DNA of 64,000 bases from Caecitellus pseudoparvulus (lineage: Eukaryota; Protista; Bigyra: Bicosoecida). Under the pieces are notes generated by a model, which was given only the letters and a program-made list of their open reading frames with translations, was not told the origin of the DNA and made no database searches. Position 1 is the first letter of the stretch. The number at the start of each line of letters is the position of its first letter. The DNA lies in NCBI GenBank assembly GCA_965644315.1, contig CBFFRQ010000043.1:372001-436000 (forward strand). The letters run 5' to 3'. A program made the position numbers and the translations under genes. Shown here one piece after another: positions 59,343-64,000 of the stretch.

Positions 59343-60755
59343 TCACTCAGTCCTGGGGCGCTTCGAGGGGGTGGGCCCTCCGCTTTCACCCTGCCGCTCC
59401 TCATTGCCTGGCGTGCCCCAAATGCTGACTACGTTTCGTTCGCCCGCCGACTGCGCAGCAGCCTGGCCTGCTTCACGCGTCGGTGCCGCCGTATCATCAC
59501 TGTCACTAGACAAATCCAGCGCCGGGCGCCGGCAGCCAGTTGCTGTGGCAAAGACAATGCCGCAGGGGTGCATGGCCACGGAGTTCGTGGGGTCACAGCA
59601 CGCCCCGCCCATGGCCAGGACACCCTCCCCTGACCGGGTATCGAACACACTAAGCCCAGGACTGGAGGAACCTGTTATGAGGAAGGTGCCCGTGAAGTCC
59701 AGGTCGAAGGTGATGCGCTGCTGGGAGGCAGCCGGGCGGCAGAACGTGCGCAGGACGCGAGCCGTGTTGCGGACGTCCCACTGCCGGATGCTGTCGTCCA
59801 GGCGGGCGCCGGAGTACACCAGCTGCGCGTCGGGGGACCACACCACGTGCGTGATCCCTGTGAAGTGGTGACCCCCCGCACTGCTGCGGCGAGCTGCCTC
59901 CCACCCCAGCAGGGCGCCGCCGCCGCCCCTGCCGTCGTACACGAACAAGTCCCCTGACGTGCTGCCAGCCAACAGCAAGCCGCTGGCATCAGGGCAAGAA
60001 GCCAAGGCGCTGATGCGGCCCTTTTGACCTTCTGGTGTGCGGCGAGTGGGGGTCGTGGCCCACGACTCCACGGCAGCGCCTGGTCGTGACAGGTCAAACA
60101 CAGAGATCTGCGCGGTGCAGGCAGCGGACGTGACGGGGGCTCAGGCGGAGAGTGAGCGATGCACCTACCTCACGACTGTGTCCTGCGTACATGTTCCAGT
60201 CCCCCACGCCAAAGCACAAGCTGTTGGCGCCAACAATGTCTTCCTGGCCCTGCAGCACCGTGTAGGAGCTGCGCAGCTTGCCTGTGACTGTGTCCCACAG
60301 GTGGATGGGAGTCTTCCTGGACGCTGTCGCGAAGCAACACCACTCAGGAGTCGCAAAGGAGGACTGTGGGTGCCATGCCGCCGCATTGATTTCCGCTCCT
60401 TCCTTGATGGTGATGCAGGGCGCAGCCAGGGTGTCACTGGGACGTGTCGAGGGTGCCTGCAATTACCGCAGCTCAAACCGACGTGCCCAGCTTGTCTCAA
60501 GCGCACAGCGCCGCAGACACGCACCGTACTGGCCTCAGAGGCACTCCGTGTGAACGTGTCTTGAGGTGTATGCCACACATGCACTTGGCAGTTGCTCGCA
60601 GTGGCCGCGAGTGCCAACCCGTCTGGGCTCCAGCTCACGCCCGTCCAGTGCTCCTGAAGGGAGCTGCCCAGCAAGCAGGCATCGCGGTACAGCTGGCGTG
60701 GGTCCAGTTCCCATGAATACCTGGGCTGTGCGCTGGCTGTAGCCTCAGCGGCCAT
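59343..60755 (-). CDS. WRAP53: Telomerase Cajal body protein 1 (WRAP53/TCAB1/WDR79), WD40; exons 60755-60525, 60456-60169, 60107-59343
   Basis: SWSPDG, CCFATASRKTPIHLWDTVTGKLRSSY, FDLSRPG, GQKGRIS, YSGARLDDSIRQWDVRN, QRITFDLD. Confidence 0.88.
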
Positions 60756-60941
60756 CCCGTCGGCCAGGCGACGCTGTCGACCTACGCAAGTTTCGTGAGC
60801 AGCCTGGGCTACGTTCCTACCCAGCAAGCATCAACTGCAAAAGGAAAGCATATTCCTATGCTTCGTGGACATGCCCTTGGTTGTGCCCTTGTGTATTTTG
60901 TTGCGATCGGTTCCGACCTGCGACATCGAAGGGGAAGGTGT

Positions 60942-60966
60942 GCGGAGTTTCGCTTCGAAACTCCGC
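60942..60966. promoter_or_regulatory. Perfect 11-bp inverted repeat (GCGGAGTTTCG-ctt-CGAAACTCCGC) in the WRAP53/NTMT1 divergent intergenic region
   Basis: The inverted repeat is seen directly. The regulatory role is inferred from its position and from its similarity to the recurrent TTCCGCA element. Confidence 0.5.
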
Positions 60967-61034
60967 TATCTGCTGTCTGCGCCACTCCAGGGACCCAGGG
61001 TGGGGATTACTGGCGCTTGTCACACACCTTAAAT

Positions 61035-62101
61035 ATGGCAGCACATCAACACGCACACGGTAGTTCAGATAAGCAAGAGGGGCTCTCTGCAGCGGTCCTG
61101 GAGCTGGCAAAGGGTCTGGACGCAGCACTGGGTGTGCGAGCTGTGGCCGATGACAGGAAGCAGAGCCACGACAGCATCGCAGCCTTCTGGAAGACACAGC
61201 TCCAGGGTTTAGGCTCCTGGTATGAACGTGGAGACAAGTACTGGAGCGTGCGTATTCGCCCTCTCTGCACTGCCACACTGCGGGGCATCGGCGTCGAAGT
61301 GGCTCCCTCCTCGGTGTCCCCCACAGCGTGACTCGGTGCCTCCTACTCTTGACGGCATGCTGGGGGGCCTCGCAGAAGTGTCTCCCGATGATGTCAAGGA
61401 GAGCAATGCCCTGCTGCGTACTCTCCGCAGCACCCGCAAGTCCATGCAGTGGGGCAACGCGGCTGACTTGGGCGGCGGCATCGGCCGCATCTGTCGAGGC
61501 GTGCTCCTGTCTCACTTCACGAACGTGGACCTGGTCGAGCAAAATGCCGGACTTGTCAAGGTGGCCAAGGAGGCGTACCTCGCGGACGCCTTGCGTGGGG
61601 CGGACACACCGCCAGACACGCCTGCGGTGCGCGACATCGTGCAGGCAGGGCTGCAAGACTGGGCGCCGGCCGCCGGGGCATTCGATTGCATCTGGATCCA
61701 GTGGGTGGCAGGGTATGTGCTGGACCCTGACTTCGTGGCGCTGCTGCGCCGCCTGGTGGCTGCCCTTGCTCCAGGGGGCGCCATCGTAGTCAAGGAAAAC
61801 GTGACATTCCCTGACTCGGCTTTGTGGATGGTGCGTTGCCTGCCCCCGAATTGCCAACGCAGCGTGCACGCACGCCCCACCCCCGCGCACGTGACAGGAC
61901 CATGAAGACTGCAGCACCATCCGCTCACGGCCCTACTTTGAGCACCTCTTCGCGTGTGCAGGCTGCCGCATTGTGAAGCAGCAGCCCCAGCGAAAGTGGC
62001 CAGCTGGCCTGTTCCCCATCCACGTGTGGGTGTTAGAAGGTCAAGATGACACCACGGCTCTGGCATCCTCCACCCCCTCCGCAGAGGTGGGTGGCGTGTA
62101 G
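61035..62101 (+). CDS. NTMT1: Alpha-N-terminal protein methyltransferase 1 (NTM1/Tae1); exons 61035-61247, 61327-61830, 61898-62101
   Basis: WYERGDKYW, PTLDGMLGG, DLGGGIGRI, FDCIWIQW, IVVKENV, DHEDCSTIRS, WPAGLFPI. Confidence 0.92.
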
Positions 62102-62246
62102 GGGGGCCAGTGCGAGTCCGGGCTGAGGCAGGGTCGACGCTCTGCACTGCTCAAAAGACAACCCAGAAGCACAAACCCTAGTCAGGACCAGGCGATGAGG
62201 ACGCCTTCAATGCACCCTGTTGTGTGCTGATCTTCCGACACTCACC

Positions 62247-62888
62247 ATGAACAAGACGTTTCGGGAGGTGGCGGCGATGTACATGCGTGCAAACGCAGAG
62301 ACAGTCTCACACCAGCAGGAGGTCATGCGGCTGTACCGAGCTTCCCTGCGCTGCTTGACTGACTGGAAGCCCAAGCGGTACCAATGGAACCTTGTGGCAT
62401 GTGAAATTCGAGCAGAGTTCGACGCGAACAAGGCAGCTGCCGCTCCGTGAGTGCGGCGAAGGGGAGGCGGCGGTGTCAACTTCCGCAGCCCCGCACTTCC
62501 TCCATGAGCTGCCCCACCTCCACAGGGAAGCCAAGCGGCTGCTTAGGGAAGGCAAGGCGCGCTTGGAGGCCAACACACACCCCGATCCCTATGTCTGTGC
62601 GTGCTGCTTGCCCTGACCCCAGTGCTTGCGCCCGCTGCCAGGCGGTGCCATTCGCCACACGCGCGCGGCACGCTTGCTCCCCTTGCCGCTGCAGTGCCTT
62701 ACATGCCGGGTGGGTCTAAGTTCATGCGCAACCCACCCCCGCCTTTGGACGCTGTCTTCCCCGACGGCGTTCCCCCTGAGATGAACGTGGCAGAGCAGAC
62801 CATCGAGGGAGTGCAGCTTAGCCGCAGTGCTTGGAAGGAGGGATACGAGCACGTGCTGGTGGACCCTTACACCAAGCAGGCCAAGTAA
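62247..62888 (+). CDS. NDUFB9: Complex I subunit NDUFB9/B22 (LYR family); exons 62247-62446, 62526-62596, 62695-62888
   Basis: VMRLYRASLR..IRAEFDANK..HPDPYV|LPYMPGGSKFMRNPPPP. Confidence 0.9.
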
Positions 62889-63197
62889 ATGCAGTGTTGT
62901 TTCACACCACACCTAGCCTGGGCCCGGCGTGCTCGCCCGCTGTGATGCGTTGCTGGCCCTTGCGGCCGACGCACCACCCTTGCGCCGCCACAACCCAAAG
63001 GCTGCACGACACCCGCAAATCACAAGAGACACCAAGCTGGGCATGCAAGTTGTGTGTCAATTTGCACCTGGCAGCCTTCTGTTGAGCCTTCCGCGCAGAG
63101 GCCCTGACCTGTCACCAGTGCGCCAGGATAAGCCACGCTGCTGCCACTTGTCCTGCAAGCTTCGAACGCAGCCAAGGCCAAATCGTGTGCAAGCACC

Positions 63198-64000
63198 ATG
63201 GCTTCGAGTGAGCCTGAGACGTCGCCTGTCCCAGAGGAAGCTCCCCCAACTTCTGACACAGGCGACGAGGGAGAGCAGAGCAGCACCACAGGCGATGATG
63301 CTGGACCGTCAACTTCCGCAGCCCCCTCACCGCCACCTGAGGATGCACCGGAAGGGGATGCAGAGGGCGAGGGCGACAGCGATACACCCACAGATGATGC
63401 AGATGGTGCAGGTGACGAAGCCCCGGCGTCCTCGCCATCTGAGCCGGCGGACGCTGCGGTCGATGCTGGTGGTGATGCACCAGCCACAGACGCTGTGAGC
63501 GAGGCTGACGCGGAGGCTGCCTTTGGCGGCGCCTCCAGTGCCGCATCGAGCTCTGGAGTCACGACGTCTTCCGGCCGCTGCCTGGGAGGCATCACCGTGT
63601 CAGCCAGGCGTGCCCAGCAGCGTCACGTGACTGAGTATGCCGCCGCGCTGCAGTCGGCGTGCGTGTGGACGCAGGACAAGGTGGAGGTGCTGGAGTCCCA
63701 ACGTTCCACACGAGGGCGAGCCCAAGACGCCGCCTGCTCCCTGTACTGGTCCTCTTGGGTGGACTACCTGCGTGGTGCCTGCGATCGCCACAGGGAACTG
63801 CACACGTTCGTGGCTGGCATGGCTCGCCAGCTGGACGCCCAGGTGGCCAGCCACGACGCGTCCCGGGAGGCTGTGGCGTTCCTGCCCGCCTCTGCGCGCA
63901 TCGTGCTGCGGGCAGGGCGCAAGCGCGAGAAGGAGTTCGCAGAGCTGCACAAGGCTGGGCACGACGTGAAGCCAGGCGGCGGCCGACTGCCCAAACCCAC
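63198..64000 (+). CDS. Hypothetical protein, 3' partial: acidic disordered N-terminus followed by a helical region
   Basis: The frame is open from ATG 63198 (MASSEPETSPVPEEAPP..) to the window end. It is absent from the ORF track because no stop is reached. Family not recognised. Confidence 0.6.
   Translation, partial: MASSEPETSPVPEEAPPTSDTGDEGEQSSTTGDDAGPSTSAAPSPPPEDAPEGDAEGEGDSDTPTDDADGAGDEAPASSPSEPADAAVDAGGDAPATDAVSEADAEAAFGGASSAASSSGVTTSSGRCLGGITVSARRAQQRHVTEYAAALQSACVWTQDKVEVLESQRSTRGRAQDAACSLYWSSWVDYLRGACDRHRELHTFVAGMARQLDAQVASHDASREAVAFLPASARIVLRAGRKREKEFAELHKAGHDVKPGGGRLPKP

Noticed and set aside
60856-61920. 354-aa minus-strand ORF
   Set aside because: Antisense shadow of the well-supported NTMT1 gene.
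14882-62888. Apparent frameshifts, stop read-through or an alternative genetic code in fragmented genes (YKT6, V-ATPase G, NDUFB9, NTMT1, WRAP53, MFS)
   Set aside because: Every break I examined is explained by a short GT-AG intron (one GC-AG) that restores the frame under the standard code.
1-64000. rRNA, tRNA, transposons or endogenous virus/virophage insertions
   Set aside because: I saw no cloverleaf or rRNA-like tract, no AT-rich island and no integrase, polymerase or capsid ORF. Nearly all sequence is accounted for by host-type genes.

Overview
This is a compact, GC-rich eukaryotic window. It holds about 23 closely packed protein-coding genes. I reconstructed 29 short spliceosomal introns by hand (mostly 61-98 nt, donor often GTGCGT/GTGAGT, one GC-AG). 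Gene content and splice signals suggest a heterotrophic stramenopile-like protist (inference only). Housekeeping genes: APC7, PIG-T, two YKT6 paralogs, neurochondrin-like, an MFS transporter, V-ATPase subunit G, WRAP53/TCAB1, NTMT1 and NDUFB9. Surface and signalling genes: a ~4000-aa LamG/sushi/cadherin/IPT protein with 9 TM helices; a C-type lectin + Cys-repeat receptor with a similar TM module and a recently expanded 321-bp coding tandem repeat; a 7TM-TKL kinase fusion; and an NADPH oxidase lacking EF-hands. Best leads: (1) a degenerate lumazine-synthase (RibH)-like domain spliced to a calcyphosin EF-hand protein, directly upstream of that NOX; (2) a recurrent (C/G)AWTTCCGCAC element at gene 5' ends, with a palindromic version in a bidirectional promoter; (3) a YKT6 paralog with Lys at the SNARE zero layer; (4) a class-III aminotransferase that has lost its PLP lysine; (5) an F-box + tandem Tudor-like gene that needs a GC-AG intron. 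I saw no rRNA, tRNA, CRISPR array or transposon. All family calls come from recognising motifs by eye; no database searches were run.
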